From the NCBI GenBank assembly GCA_044224875.1, contig JBGAJQ010000001.1, positions 32,001 through 96,000 on the forward strand: DNA of 64,000 nt, written 5' to 3'. The stretch's first letter is position 1. Each line of letters begins with the position of its first letter. The position numbers and the translations under genes are program-made. Positions 30,041 to 41,022 of the stretch are shown piece by piece. This stretch comes from Gemmatimonadaceae bacterium (GTDB taxonomy: Bacteria; Gemmatimonadota; Gemmatimonadetes; Gemmatimonadales; Gemmatimonadaceae). Below the pieces are notes generated by a model. The model was not told where the DNA came from. It saw only the letters and a list, made by a program, of their open reading frames with translations, and did not search any database.

Positions 30041-32332
30041 ATGCGTGGTCTCCGCTATCTCATTGCCCTGCTGTCGCTTCCAATGGTCCTCGAGGCCCAG
30101 GGCCGACTCATACCGCGTCCCTGCGTCCAGCAACCACCGCCAGGCTGTGGCGAACGCGAAGACTGTCGGATCCCGGTGGCTCCGTGCCCCGCAGGGAATC
30201 CGATCATTCGCACATCTTCCCAGGTCCACGCGGAACTCGTTGGGCGTGCCGTGCGCTATGAGGTCACGGAGACGTTCCTGAATCGTGGCGCTGCCGTCGG
30301 CGAGGCGGACTACGTGTTTCCGATTCCAGCCGGCGCCGCCTTTGAAGCGCTGCAGCTTTCGATCAACGGTGAAATGGTCTCTGGTGAAACGCTTCCTGCC
30401 GACCAGGCTCGCGCGATCTATGAGTCGATCGTCCGGCGCATGCGTGACCCTGCGCTCGTTGAATGGATGGGCAGCGGCATGCTACGTACTCGGATCTTTC
30501 CAATCGCGCCGGGTGAAGAGAAGAAGGTCGTGGTTCGATTTCAGGCCCTCGCGCGGCGCGAAGGCAGCGCCATTCGCGTGGACTACGTACGTGGCACCCA
30601 GCCATCGATCACCTCTCCTTCGCCGCGCCCGTTCGTACAGGACGCCGCGCTGCGGCGCACCGCCGTGGAGAACAACAGCGAGAGCGCAGACGTGTTCACC
30701 CTCACGTACCCGCGCTCTGACGAGCTTGGGGAGGCGTACTCACCAACCCACACGTTGCGTCGCCGCGTTCGCGGGGACCTGCGCATTGTGGCTGCCGAAG
30801 GCGATTCGCGGGAGGTGACGATCCTGTTGCCGCTGAGGCGGCCGGACGCCGCATCTATCTCGGTGCTAGCGCATCGCCCCAACGCCGGTGAGGGCGGGTA
30901 CGCGCTGATCGCGATTACCCCGCCAGCTGCACCGTCCCGCACCACACCGCGCGACGTGACGTTTGTGGTCGACGTATCAGGCTCCATGCGTGGAGAGAAG
31001 CTGAGTCAGGCGAAGGCGGCCGGCCGCGCCATACTGGGTTCACTGAGCCCGCGTGACCGCTTCCGCATCATTGCCTTCTCCACCGATGTGCGTTCCTTCC
31101 GTGATGAATGGAGCGTCGCCAGCGCCGGCAACATTTCGGCGGCCCGGCGTTACGTGGAGGATCTGCAGGCTGAAGGATCCACCAACATCTCTGGAGCGCT
31201 TGAAGAAGCCTTGTCCACGCCGTCCACTGACGGCCGGCTGCCACTCGTCGTGTTCGTCACGGATGGCGAGCCAACGGTTGGGGAGCGATCGCCTGACGCG
31301 ATTGCCGCGCACGTCGCGCGTCAGCGTCATGAATCGCGTCTCTTTACGTTCGGCGTGTCGGCCGACGTCAACACGGGGCTGATCGAACAGCTCGCGCTCG
31401 AAGGTCGCGGAACGGCACACTTCGTACGTACGGGTGAATCGGTGGAGCGCGCGGTGTCGTTGCTCGCTTCGCGCCTGACAAGTCCCGTCATCACCGACGT
31501 GCGCGTGCGAGGTGACGGTGTGACCTTGCGCCAGCTACAACCACAACTCCCCACCGACCTGTATGCCGGGCAAGACCTGATCGTGCTGGCGCGTTACGAC
31601 GGTGATGGTGCAGCGACCATCCGTCTGGATGGCCAGAGCGTCGATGGTCCTGTCCACTGGTCCACCTCGGCCACCTTCCCGGCGCGAGACCGCGAGAACC
31701 CATTCGTGGGCCGTCTGTGGGCCGCCCAGCGCATTGGATGGCTGGCCGCCGAACGTCGCAAGCACGGTGGTACGACTGAACTGGACCAGGAGATCAAGTC
31801 GTTAGGTGAGCAGTTCGGAATTCCTACGGAGTTTTCGTCGTATCTCGTGGTGGAGCCAGGCATGAACGTGCGGGAGATGGCACAGGACGTTCGTCGCCGT
31901 GGGGGGAGCAGTGCGCCGAATGCGGCGCCGCTGCCGGCGTCGGTTGGCCGCGCCGCGGATGCCGAGATGCGATTCGAGGCGGCGAAGTCAGCCGCCGGCC
32001 AGCGTGCGGCAACCAACATGGCCCTCGTGGATTCGCTCAGCGCCGAACGCGACGACGCCGCGCGAACCAAGCGCATCGGATCCCGCATCTTCGTCCTGAA
32101 GGACGGCGTGTGGACGGATGCTCGCTATGTTCCATCCATGCAGCTGGTGCGTGTGAAGGCCTTCTCACCACTCTACTTCACGTTGACCGGGCGCCTCCCT
32201 GGGTTGGCCGACGCGCTCACGGTCGGTGAATCTGTGCTGGTTGCTGGTCGCACGGCCGCCATCGTGGTGGCTGCGGACGGACTGGAGACCATGCGCGAAG
32301 GCGAACTCGCGACATTGGCCAGACAGTGGTGA
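30041..32332 (+). CDS. Secreted VIT + vWA domain protein
   Basis: Signal peptide, VIT (EADYVFPIP...DPALVE), MIDAS DVSGSM, GSTNI, FVTDGEPT. Confidence 0.88.
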   Translation: MRGLRYLIALLSLPMVLEAQGRLIPRPCVQQPPPGCGEREDCRIPVAPCPAGNPIIRTSSQVHAELVGRAVRYEVTETFLNRGAAVGEADYVFPIPAGAAFEALQLSINGEMVSGETLPADQARAIYESIVRRMRDPALVEWMGSGMLRTRIFPIAPGEEKKVVVRFQALARREGSAIRVDYVRGTQPSITSPSPRPFVQDAALRRTAVENNSESADVFTLTYPRSDELGEAYSPTHTLRRRVRGDLRIVAAEGDSREVTILLPLRRPDAASISVLAHRPNAGEGGYALIAITPPAAPSRTTPRDVTFVVDVSGSMRGEKLSQAKAAGRAILGSLSPRDRFRIIAFSTDVRSFRDEWSVASAGNISAARRYVEDLQAEGSTNISGALEEALSTPSTDGRLPLVVFVTDGEPTVGERSPDAIAAHVARQRHESRLFTFGVSADVNTGLIEQLALEGRGTAHFVRTGESVERAVSLLASRLTSPVITDVRVRGDGVTLRQLQPQLPTDLYAGQDLIVLARYDGDGAATIRLDGQSVDGPVHWSTSATFPARDRENPFVGRLWAAQRIGWLAAERRKHGGTTELDQEIKSLGEQFGIPTEFSSYLVVEPGMNVREMAQDVRRRGGSSAPNAAPLPASVGRAADAEMRFEAAKSAAGQRAATNMALVDSLSAERDDAARTKRIGSRIFVLKDGVWTDARYVPSMQLVRVKAFSPLYFTLTGRLPGLADALTVGESVLVAGRTAAIVVAADGLETMREGELATLARQW

Positions 32333-32335
32333 ATT

Positions 32336-32866
32336 GTGAACGACGCTGAACTGGAACGGCTCTTTCGAACCTACCACACGCCGCTGGTGAGGTACCTCAC
32401 CCGCCGCCTGGGAGACCGGGACTGGGCAGAGGAGATCGCGCAGGAGACCTTCCTGCGCGCTCTCCGCCAGGAACAACTCACCAGCGAGCGCTCATGGCTC
32501 TTTGCCGTGGCGACCAATCTTGTGCGAGACGAGGGACGAAAGCAGGAACGGCGCCGCCGTCACCTCGAACTCCTGGCAGAAGAAGAGCGCGAGCGTCACA
32601 TCGAGCCAGAAGTCACGTCACTCGAGCGCGCGCAGGAATCGGCGCTGGCACGACGCGCCGTGGACGCACTGGCCGAACGCGACCGCTTGGCGCTGCTCAT
32701 GCGCGAGGAGGGTCTGGACTACCACGAGATTTCGCAGGCCCTGGGTCTTTCCGTGGGTTCTGTCGGCACAACCCTGGCGCGCGCACGGCGCCGCCTGGCC
32801 GAGACATATGACGCAATGCGTACCGAAGAGAATCGGCGCGCCGGAGGTGGACATGCAACATCTTGA
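32336..32866 (+). CDS. ECF sigma-70 factor
   Basis: AEEIAQETFLR, WLFAVATN, YHEISQALG..VGSVGTTLARAR. Confidence 0.9.
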   Translation: MNDAELERLFRTYHTPLVRYLTRRLGDRDWAEEIAQETFLRALRQEQLTSERSWLFAVATNLVRDEGRKQERRRRHLELLAEEERERHIEPEVTSLERAQESALARRAVDALAERDRLALLMREEGLDYHEISQALGLSVGSVGTTLARARRRLAETYDAMRTEENRRAGGGHATS

Positions 32867-34064
32867 GGAAGGCACCGTGCACGCGTGGCTCGACGGCGCG
32901 ATTACGGGAGATGAAGCCGCGGAAATCGAGCGTCACGTCGCCACGTGTGCGGAGTGCGCGGCAATGGTGGCGGAGGCACGTGGCTTCATCGCCGCGTCGT
33001 CCCGCATCCTCACCGCCCTGGATGATGTCCCGTCGCACGTGATCCCGACGTCGGCGGTGACCGCGGAACCGTCGTCAAGCCACCGGGCGACAAACCGCGC
33101 CGGTGGACGATCACGTGTTGCGCCACGCCGTACATGGTGGCGGCATCCCGGGATCGCCGCGGCCGCTGCCGTCACGTTCCTCGCGGTGGGCACATGGACC
33201 GTCGTCTCGCGCGGCGGCTTGAAGAATAGCCAGGGAGGGTTCGCAGACAACGCATCCGGTCCGCCCGCAGCGCCTGCGGTCGCGGCACCCACCGAAGCAC
33301 TGATCGACAGCGCAGGTGCAACACGCGCCAAGGCACCGGAACCTCGCCCGGAGACAAAGACCACGGTCGGTGATGCCAAGAAACGGCTGGCGACCGACCT
33401 TGAAGCAGCCCCGCCACCAGCCCCGAGACCCGAGCGTGCGAAGGAGGAGGACCGGCGCGTAGCCGGTGCGACGACAGCACAATCTGCCGAGTTGGGCGCC
33501 GGTGCGGCCTCAGCGTCCCAGACACGCGACTCGCTGTCGCGACAGCGACTATCCCAAGTCGCGGCCGCGCCCGCCACTGTGCCACCTAACGCCGTGAACT
33601 CGGCAAAGACCGCCGCAGACCGGGTCCCCATCAACACAGCGGCAGCCGGTCGATCAGCGGAGCGTGCGAATGCGTTTGGAGCGCGTGAGGATTCTGATGA
33701 TTCCCGCGTCACATCACTGAGCGGATGCTATGCGCTGCACTTCGTGGCGGGCGGCGACGGCCCCATGACGATCGCGCCGGTCCGCGTGCCCGCGCACATC
33801 GCACTCGACGCGGCCCGGATCGCCGGCAGTGTCGAGCGTGTGGCGCGTGATGTGTCGCCGGCCAATGAACAGGTTTCTGGCGAGTATCGGTGGCGTGCCA
33901 CGGGGACGCAGACGTTTGAGCTGATCGTTATTCGCGATGGCGAATCCGTTACATTTCCGGCGCGGTTGGGGGCCGAAGACGCACTCTCCGGCCAGGGACC
34001 GGCGCGCCCGATGCCAGCGGGATCACCAGTTCGACTCCAGGCAACGCGAGAGCCGTGTCGTTAG
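32853..34064 (+). CDS. zf-HC2 anti-sigma factor with TM segment and low-complexity periplasmic region
   Basis: GGAGG RBS, HAWLDG...HVATCAEC, TM segment AAAAVTFLAVG. Overlaps the sigma gene. Confidence 0.8.
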   Translation: MQHLEEGTVHAWLDGAITGDEAAEIERHVATCAECAAMVAEARGFIAASSRILTALDDVPSHVIPTSAVTAEPSSSHRATNRAGGRSRVAPRRTWWRHPGIAAAAAVTFLAVGTWTVVSRGGLKNSQGGFADNASGPPAAPAVAAPTEALIDSAGATRAKAPEPRPETKTTVGDAKKRLATDLEAAPPPAPRPERAKEEDRRVAGATTAQSAELGAGAASASQTRDSLSRQRLSQVAAAPATVPPNAVNSAKTAADRVPINTAAAGRSAERANAFGAREDSDDSRVTSLSGCYALHFVAGGDGPMTIAPVRVPAHIALDAARIAGSVERVARDVSPANEQVSGEYRWRATGTQTFELIVIRDGESVTFPARLGAEDALSGQGPARPMPAGSPVRLQATREPCR

Positions 34065-34160
34065 GCATGGCGGGGGAGTAGTGCATCGACCCCGCCAACC
34101 CCATCCATCGTCGCTCCGGATGCGACGTCATCGCCGCCCGCAGGCGACGCGACCGCGTGA

Positions 34161-35192
34161 CTACACCGTCACCTCACGGCCTTCCACCACCGCCGTATCG
34201 TCACCGTTCCGATCGGGACGCAGGGCCCGCATCACCGTTCTACCTGCCGAGAGCGCGCCAAGCAACAGGTAAACGTAGAACGAGTATACGCGCCACCAGA
34301 TCAACGAGGACGCCAACAGGTGGGCAGGGATGTGATGACCTAACGCGGCACGAAAGGAAAGCTCGACCACGCCGCCTCCCGCTGGAGCGGGAGCCACCGC
34401 ACTGCCGTACAACAACGCGAGTGGCCAGACGATCAACGGAGCCAACGGCGGGCGGTCACCGTAGGCATATACCAACAGCGGCAGGATGGCGAGTCGCGTC
34501 AACACGTGCAGGATCGAGCAGGCGAGCGCGGCCGACATCGCCAGAGGCTCCGCATGGCGGAGCTGCGACATGCTCTCCCGCAGGTGATTCAGCGAGGCCT
34601 GAATGCGATGCCAGAACGGGGGTCGCACGCCCACGGCCGCGACCCAGCGAGGCGCCGGCCCCGACCCGTGGCGCAGTGAAATCCACAGTGCCAGTCCACC
34701 GCCGCCGAGTACGAAAGCCGACATACCACCCACCATGGCCAGGAGCGCTGTCACCACCGCACTCGAGTGATCCAGAAGCACGAAGCAACCGACCGTGATG
34801 GCCAGGAGCGAAATCAGCTCCAACAACAACTCCATGAAGATCACGACAAGCACGGATTGCACGTGATATCCGGCTTCCTTCAGGACGAGGAAGCGCGCCG
34901 GCTCAGCTCCCGACCGTGAGGGCGTGATGGAGGCCGCGAAGTCACCGCCAAGACTCGTTCGCAACGCCGTGCCGAAGGCGACGGGCACTCCAACGGCACG
35001 CGCGCTCAACTGGATCTTCAAGACTCGCGCCACCATGTCCACGCCCACGAGCCCGAGCGCGGCCACATGGGCCCACCACGGTAGCCCCAGTGGGGCCCCA
35101 CCTTCGGGCCACCCGGACGCGATGATGTACACGGACACCCCTATCGCCATCCCGAACGAGAGGAATGTCAGGACCCAGCGCCGCGGCGTCAC
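34161..35192 (-). CDS. Lysylphosphatidylglycerol synthase TM / flippase-like membrane protein (UPF0104)
   Basis: Multi-TM. ITPSRSGAEP, PAPAGGGVVE, WWRVYSFY. Confidence 0.8.
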   Translation of the reverse strand: MTPRRWVLTFLSFGMAIGVSVYIIASGWPEGGAPLGLPWWAHVAALGLVGVDMVARVLKIQLSARAVGVPVAFGTALRTSLGGDFAASITPSRSGAEPARFLVLKEAGYHVQSVLVVIFMELLLELISLLAITVGCFVLLDHSSAVVTALLAMVGGMSAFVLGGGGLALWISLRHGSGPAPRWVAAVGVRPPFWHRIQASLNHLRESMSQLRHAEPLAMSAALACSILHVLTRLAILPLLVYAYGDRPPLAPLIVWPLALLYGSAVAPAPAGGGVVELSFRAALGHHIPAHLLASSLIWWRVYSFYVYLLLGALSAGRTVMRALRPDRNGDDTAVVEGREVTV

Positions 35193-35225
35193 GGGCGAGG
35201 GCCCGTCAAGTAGATGTCCACCGGC

Positions 35226-37700
35226 CTAACGTGACCGCTTCCATTCCAGCGCGGACATGCGGGTGATGCCGGGATACGGCACCTGCTCGCCCTTCACGGA
35301 ACGCCAGAGAATGCGGTTGAACAGGTCCTCGTCCGCCTGATCCTCGAAGGCGAGCTCCAGGCGCTCGGACTCTCGCGCGTTCAGCCCAGTCTCCGGATTG
35401 CGCTCCGTCAGCGGGACCGACGGCGTGAGCACGCGGTACGGTGCCAGGTCCGCCGTGGTCGACCAGATGTCGCGAAGTGGGCGACCGTAGTAGTCAAACT
35501 GCGACAGCGCGGTCAGGCCCAGTATTTCCTCGATGGTGGCGATGACGTCCGTCGTGTTCGTGAATCGATGGTGCACGCCACCGCGCGCATACGGCGATAT
35601 CACGAGCAGAGGCGAGCGATGTGAATCCACGTGGTCTGGTCCGTTCTGCGCGTCGTCTTCCAGCACGAAGATCGCCAGCTCCTTCCAGAAAGGCGTGTTC
35701 GAAAGCCCCTCGACGATACGACCGAGGGCCAGGTCATTGTCCGCCATGTATGCGCCAGGCGTCGGCGCGCTTGCCCGGCCGCCGGCAGTGTGATCGTTCG
35801 GCAACCGCAGGATCATCAATCGCGGCAGTGCTCCCTCCTGCACGAACCGCGGCAACTCGGCAAGGAAGACGTCGGCGCGCCTCTGATCCGGGATGTTGAG
35901 GTCGTACGAGGGATACTCCTTGTTCGTGTTGGCGGCGAGGAACGGCTTCACTCCCTTGTATCCGGATGGCCAACGATCGCCAGCGCGAACGTTTTCCGGC
36001 ACCACGAATTCACCATAGTTCCGGAATGTGATGCCAGCGCGTTGCGCGAGGTCCCACAAGTATCCGCTTGCCGGCTCATTCACGTCCTCCTCACCTTCGT
36101 CGGCCGGTACCCGGCCCCGATTCGTTCCCTCGTAATCGTACGAACGTCCGCGATTCGAGTAGTTGGACGGGATCGTTTTTTCCGCGTAGTCGCTAACGTA
36201 CGCAGCCATTGACCAATTGTGCCCGTCCGGACTCACCTCCGCGTTCACAAAAAATCGATCGAACAACCCAAAGCGATCAGCGAGTGCATGGTGATTCGGC
36301 GACATGGGCCGCGGGAAGAAGTTCAGCGTGGTGTCGCCGTCCCCTTGGGTCATGTCTCCCATGATCTGGTCGTACGTGCGGTTCTCCTTGATCACGTACA
36401 GCACGTACTTGATGGGAGGGTACGTCGCATTTCGCTGCACGTCGCGCCATCCGTTCGCGCGCTCGACGCGGGCGGTCAGGGGCGCCAGCTCCGCAACGGT
36501 CGCTCGTGCCAACGATGACATGGTGAGCGAACCGGACAGCTGACCGAGCGTGTAGGATCGGGGCTGCGAGGTGTGCACGCCGCGGCCCGGTTGCGGGTAT
36601 TCAACGTTCGGTGCGGTGCCGCGGCCCTTTCCGTTCAGTGCGAAGAGCGAGTCACCCTTGGCCACCACGGCAGTTGGGTACCAACCGACCGGGATGCGCC
36701 CGCTCAGGGTATCGCGCCCCGAGGACGTCGCGACCCCTGCGGTCTTGCCCGACAGGTCAAAGACTGCGATGGCATTGTTGTCGGCTTCGGCCACAAACAA
36801 GCGCGTGCCAGTTGCCGACAGCGCCAACGCGTTCGGTGTGCTCCCCTCATGCGGTCCAGCGGGTGGCGGGTCGGCAAGCGTCGCGACAACCTCGCCCGAC
36901 TTGGTGTCCAGTACCGTAACGCGGTCCGTACTCCCCGACGCGACAAAGAGACGGCTCCCGTCGCGATTCAGCAGCAACGACGACGGGTGGCGTCCCGCCT
37001 TCCATTGTCCGGCCTCGCGTGTCTCGGCTCCGTGTACGGTGAATCGCGACACCGTCTGTCCTCCCCAAGCCGATACAAAGACGTCCCCGGTGGCGGACGT
37101 CACCACACCGTAGGGGTATCGCGGCGTGGGGAATCGCCGTACGACGCGACGGGTTCCGATATCCACGACCGCCACGGAATCGGCGAGGTTTTCCGCCACG
37201 AACAGCGTGTTTCCGTCAGGCGAAACCGCGAGTCCAGCGGGGTACCTGGTGCCCGCGCGGTTCGGCAACTTGGCTGCGAGGATCACGGAGTCCGTCAGGC
37301 TCACCACGCGATTGGCCCACCGGTAGCGATACACCACGTCCTGGTTACCGCCCGATGCATAGAGCCACTGGCCGTCAGGTGAAAACGCCAAGCCGATGAA
37401 CGCGGCGGCTTGTGGCACTTCCTGCGTCACCCGTCCCGACCCGATGTCCACCACCTGCAACCCCTGCTCACGCCAACCGCTCAGCATCACGATCAGTCGA
37501 TCCCCCTCAGGTGCGAGCACCATGTTGAGCGGCATGGACCCCAGGTCGATGTTGCGTCCGGCGGGATCGAGTCGCGCGCCGGTCGGCAAGTGCGATGCCT
37601 GATTGAGATCGTCTCCCACCCGGGTGTCTGACGAGGGAGCTTTCCCACAGGCGGCCACGGCGGACCCGGCGAACGCGAGTGCGATGGTGCGGCGAAGCAT
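35226..37700 (-). CDS. YncE beta-propeller + phosphoesterase/alkaline phosphatase-fold lipoprotein
   Basis: Lipobox VAAC, YVTN-like repeats, IKENRTYD, SPDGHNW, LPNDHT, EDDAQNGPDHVDSHRS. Confidence 0.88.
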   Translation of the reverse strand: MLRRTIALAFAGSAVAACGKAPSSDTRVGDDLNQASHLPTGARLDPAGRNIDLGSMPLNMVLAPEGDRLIVMLSGWREQGLQVVDIGSGRVTQEVPQAAAFIGLAFSPDGQWLYASGGNQDVVYRYRWANRVVSLTDSVILAAKLPNRAGTRYPAGLAVSPDGNTLFVAENLADSVAVVDIGTRRVVRRFPTPRYPYGVVTSATGDVFVSAWGGQTVSRFTVHGAETREAGQWKAGRHPSSLLLNRDGSRLFVASGSTDRVTVLDTKSGEVVATLADPPPAGPHEGSTPNALALSATGTRLFVAEADNNAIAVFDLSGKTAGVATSSGRDTLSGRIPVGWYPTAVVAKGDSLFALNGKGRGTAPNVEYPQPGRGVHTSQPRSYTLGQLSGSLTMSSLARATVAELAPLTARVERANGWRDVQRNATYPPIKYVLYVIKENRTYDQIMGDMTQGDGDTTLNFFPRPMSPNHHALADRFGLFDRFFVNAEVSPDGHNWSMAAYVSDYAEKTIPSNYSNRGRSYDYEGTNRGRVPADEGEEDVNEPASGYLWDLAQRAGITFRNYGEFVVPENVRAGDRWPSGYKGVKPFLAANTNKEYPSYDLNIPDQRRADVFLAELPRFVQEGALPRLMILRLPNDHTAGGRASAPTPGAYMADNDLALGRIVEGLSNTPFWKELAIFVLEDDAQNGPDHVDSHRSPLLVISPYARGGVHHRFTNTTDVIATIEEILGLTALSQFDYYGRPLRDIWSTTADLAPYRVLTPSVPLTERNPETGLNARESERLELAFEDQADEDLFNRILWRSVKGEQVPYPGITRMSALEWKRSR

Positions 37701-37797
37701 TCGTGAACCTCTCGCGAGCATGATGGCGAAAAATCGACGCGGGCGACCAGTGTCAAGAATGACCACTTGCCGCCCGCTCGGCCAGCCGATCAACGAC

Positions 37798-40700
37798 TCA
37801 CCGGACCTTTCCCAGCTCTTCCTTGTCCTTCACCCAGTATGGTTTCGGGAATGGCCGAGGCGACGGCCAGATACGGTTGAGCGAACTTCCCTCATAGACC
37901 TCACCATTCTTCACCACAAGGCGAATGTCGGTGCTGGCCTTGATGTCGGTGAGCGGGTTGCGATTCAGGACGACCAAGTCGGCCAACTTCCCAGGTTCGA
38001 TGCTCCCGAGGTCTGTACCGTAGCCGATGGACTCGGCGCCGAAGATCGTGGCGATGCGAAGGGCTTCCATGGGGGTCATGCCGCCGGACTGCAACATCCA
38101 CAATTCCCAATGCGCCCCGATCCCGTCCTGTTGTCCGTGCGATCCCAGTCCAGCCCTACCGCCAGCTCGAACAATATCGCGAACGCCGCGCGCGATGTCG
38201 GCGGTGATGTAGTCCTCGTCGACAATGAGCGGCCGGCGGCGTGCCTGCCGGTAGAGGATGTCGGCCGGGGTGAAGTACGCGGTCTTCGCATCCCGCTCGA
38301 GGTCGGTCCGCGCCCGCCAGTAGGTATCGCCAGCAGGCCCGCCATACGCGACGACCAACGTCGGCGTGTAGGTGATCTTGGCGTCCGCGAGCACGGTCAC
38401 CACATCCTTGTACAGCGGCACCTGTCCAATGGAATGCTCCAAGCCCGTGTATCCATCCATGGCCATGGCGATGTCGGCCTTGAGATCGGCAGCACCCTCG
38501 TTGGTCGCGTTCATGTGCTCCGCCATGGCCGCCTGCAGCACCCATTGCCGTTGGATGCGGCGGGGCTGCAGGTACTGTTTCAGCGAGTTGACGCCTTGGT
38601 TCTTGTAACGGCGTACAACATGCAGGGCGTCATCGTATGACTTGATGGGAACGTTGTTGGAGGTGAGCGGGAATCCCGTGGCGTAAATGCGAGAGCCGAC
38701 CATTTCGCCAGCCTCAACCAGCTCACTCCACGCGACGTTCCATCGTGAGCCACTGGGGTTGCGGGTGGTGGTCACGCCGTAGGCGAGGTTGGACGCGATG
38801 CTCCACTCCTGATCCTGCGCCAGTTCACGGCCGGTCTTCGGATGCGCGTGCACGTCCACCAGCCCGGGAATGATCGTCGACCCGCTGACATCGATGATCC
38901 GCGTTCCAGCCGGCGCGCGCACCGACGATCCCACCTGGGCGATGCGGTTGTTTTCGATGAGAATGTCGCCGCGGCCGATGACTTCGTCTCCCTTCATGGT
39001 GACGATGCGCGCCCCTCGCAACAGGACACGCCCCTTGGGCACCTCCCGGTCAACCGTCAGCTTCACCTCTGACCGTGTCACGCCCCAAGTGGCGGTGTCT
39101 GCCGAGGCGAGAATGGCGGAGGTGGCGGCGCGCGAGTAGCGATTCGAAAAGCTCCACGTGATGGTTCGGCCGCTATCGGCAAAGGCAATGTAGTTGGCGC
39201 CCTCGCTGGTCACGCGACGGAGCGGGACAGAGGGCGACTGGAAGTTTACCGGCAATCCCTCGGCGCCCGCCGCGGTCAGGGGAAGCGCGTACAGGTCGTC
39301 GCGGTCGAGCGCGATCATTGCCCGCTCATCCGGCGCGACCCGCACCACCAGGGCACCTGCGGCCATCGTCGTCAGACGGGCATGTGATCGCTTGTCACCG
39401 CCGTCGTATCGCACCGAGTAAAGGCCGGTGACTTGCGTGGCATTGAAGCCTGGCGTCGCGTTCGGGATGTTATCGAGGTAGTAGATTCGCCCCGGTCCAC
39501 CCCTGCTCGCCGTGACGAGCGCGGGAGCTGACGTTGTGCGCACGATGGTGTGCACCTCGCCGCCGTCACTCGCGATCCACTTGAGATCACCGACAGACGC
39601 AACACTCCCCCCTCCGAGTCCGGCCTGGCGAGGTTGCGCCGTGTAAACGAGACGATCGCCCTCGGGGGACCACTCCACACCCGAAAGAAAGGCAGGGTCA
39701 CGCGTCAGCTGAGTGGGCGTACTACTCCCATCCGCGCGTGTCTTCCACAGGAATCCCCCCGACTCGTCGGACCAGGTCACGAATGCCAGCCACTGTCCAT
39801 CCGGTGAGTAGGCAGGCAGGTACTCGCGCGTCGCGAGTGTGGTCAGGTGGCGAGGCGTACCGATCGTTGCGCCATTCCGATCGGCAATCCAGACCTTGCC
39901 GACGCCACTGAACGCCACCTGCCGCCCGGAAGGCGACTCCGTCAGTTGCATCAGTTGGGTCACGGCGACGGGGCCGTCGTCATAGCGAAGGGGTGTGAAG
40001 AGGCGTTCAGCCATTCCGACTTCGACATCGACAGTGAACGGGATCGTCGTCACCTGGCGCGTGGCGACGTCGACGCGCCGGATCTTGCCTCCCTGCGGAT
40101 AAACGACCTCCCGTGAATCCGGCGTAAACGAATAGCCCGGAAACACGTCGTTCGGCGCGTAACCCTCCTGGTCATCGCGTTGCACCTCACCGACCAACCA
40201 GCTGTCTTCCTGCGAGCGGAGGTCGCGCAGGCGGAGCGCGGAACGTGTGCCAGCACGGGTGACGTATACCAGCCACCGGCCATCGCGTGACGTCGCCGGT
40301 CGCAACGCCCCGCCGGAGGCGCTCGTGAGCGGTCGCGACTCGCCCGTGGCTCGATCGAAGGCGGAGATCTGGTACGCCCCGATGTTCTCACCGGAGTAGC
40401 CGCCGCCATGCGACGAGACATACATCACGCGTCCGTCCGGCGCGAAGGCGACGCCGGTGTTCGTCGTCTTGGCGGTCATGCTGCCGGGAAAGATCTGCGT
40501 GCCAGCGCCGCCGTCCTTGTGATACAGCCACAACGGCACGTTGGTCAGGTAGTTCTCGGCGCTGGGGTACGGCCCGAAGCGACGCACGACGAGATACTGC
40601 CCGTCCGGTGTCCACGCCGGTGAACTCAAGGCGTTGTCCACCTCGCGCGTGATCCGGTGGGCGCCACTGCCATCTGGGTTCATGACCCAGAGGTTGTCCC

Positions 40701-41022
40701 CGCCATCGCGATCCGAGATGAAGGCGATCGTCGTGCCGTCCGGGGACCATCGCGGCATACAGTCCCACGCCATACCCGACGTGAGTCGCGTGGCCTTGCC
40801 ACCCTCGATCGGGATGCTGTACAGATCGCCTAACAAGTCGAATACGACACGCTTTCCGTCAGGAGAAACATCCAACGACATCCACGTCCCTTCGTCCGTG
40901 GTAAAGCGCAGGGTGCGCACGGGTTTTATGGGAAGGACGGTGGCCGTATCGGCGGCGGGCGGACTTTGCGCCGACGCCAACGAGGACACGGCAATCAGGA
41001 ACACTGCAGGGAGAAGTCGCAT
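37798..41022 (-). CDS. TolB/PD40 beta-propeller + amidohydrolase fusion protein
   Basis: Repeated SPDG/WSPDG motifs, PGLVDVHAH, LEH, GSHGQ, GSIEPGKLADLVVL. Confidence 0.88.
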   Translation of the reverse strand: MRLLPAVFLIAVSSLASAQSPPAADTATVLPIKPVRTLRFTTDEGTWMSLDVSPDGKRVVFDLLGDLYSIPIEGGKATRLTSGMAWDCMPRWSPDGTTIAFISDRDGGDNLWVMNPDGSGAHRITREVDNALSSPAWTPDGQYLVVRRFGPYPSAENYLTNVPLWLYHKDGGAGTQIFPGSMTAKTTNTGVAFAPDGRVMYVSSHGGGYSGENIGAYQISAFDRATGESRPLTSASGGALRPATSRDGRWLVYVTRAGTRSALRLRDLRSQEDSWLVGEVQRDDQEGYAPNDVFPGYSFTPDSREVVYPQGGKIRRVDVATRQVTTIPFTVDVEVGMAERLFTPLRYDDGPVAVTQLMQLTESPSGRQVAFSGVGKVWIADRNGATIGTPRHLTTLATREYLPAYSPDGQWLAFVTWSDESGGFLWKTRADGSSTPTQLTRDPAFLSGVEWSPEGDRLVYTAQPRQAGLGGGSVASVGDLKWIASDGGEVHTIVRTTSAPALVTASRGGPGRIYYLDNIPNATPGFNATQVTGLYSVRYDGGDKRSHARLTTMAAGALVVRVAPDERAMIALDRDDLYALPLTAAGAEGLPVNFQSPSVPLRRVTSEGANYIAFADSGRTITWSFSNRYSRAATSAILASADTATWGVTRSEVKLTVDREVPKGRVLLRGARIVTMKGDEVIGRGDILIENNRIAQVGSSVRAPAGTRIIDVSGSTIIPGLVDVHAHPKTGRELAQDQEWSIASNLAYGVTTTRNPSGSRWNVAWSELVEAGEMVGSRIYATGFPLTSNNVPIKSYDDALHVVRRYKNQGVNSLKQYLQPRRIQRQWVLQAAMAEHMNATNEGAADLKADIAMAMDGYTGLEHSIGQVPLYKDVVTVLADAKITYTPTLVVAYGGPAGDTYWRARTDLERDAKTAYFTPADILYRQARRRPLIVDEDYITADIARGVRDIVRAGGRAGLGSHGQQDGIGAHWELWMLQSGGMTPMEALRIATIFGAESIGYGTDLGSIEPGKLADLVVLNRNPLTDIKASTDIRLVVKNGEVYEGSSLNRIWPSPRPFPKPYWVKDKEELGKVR

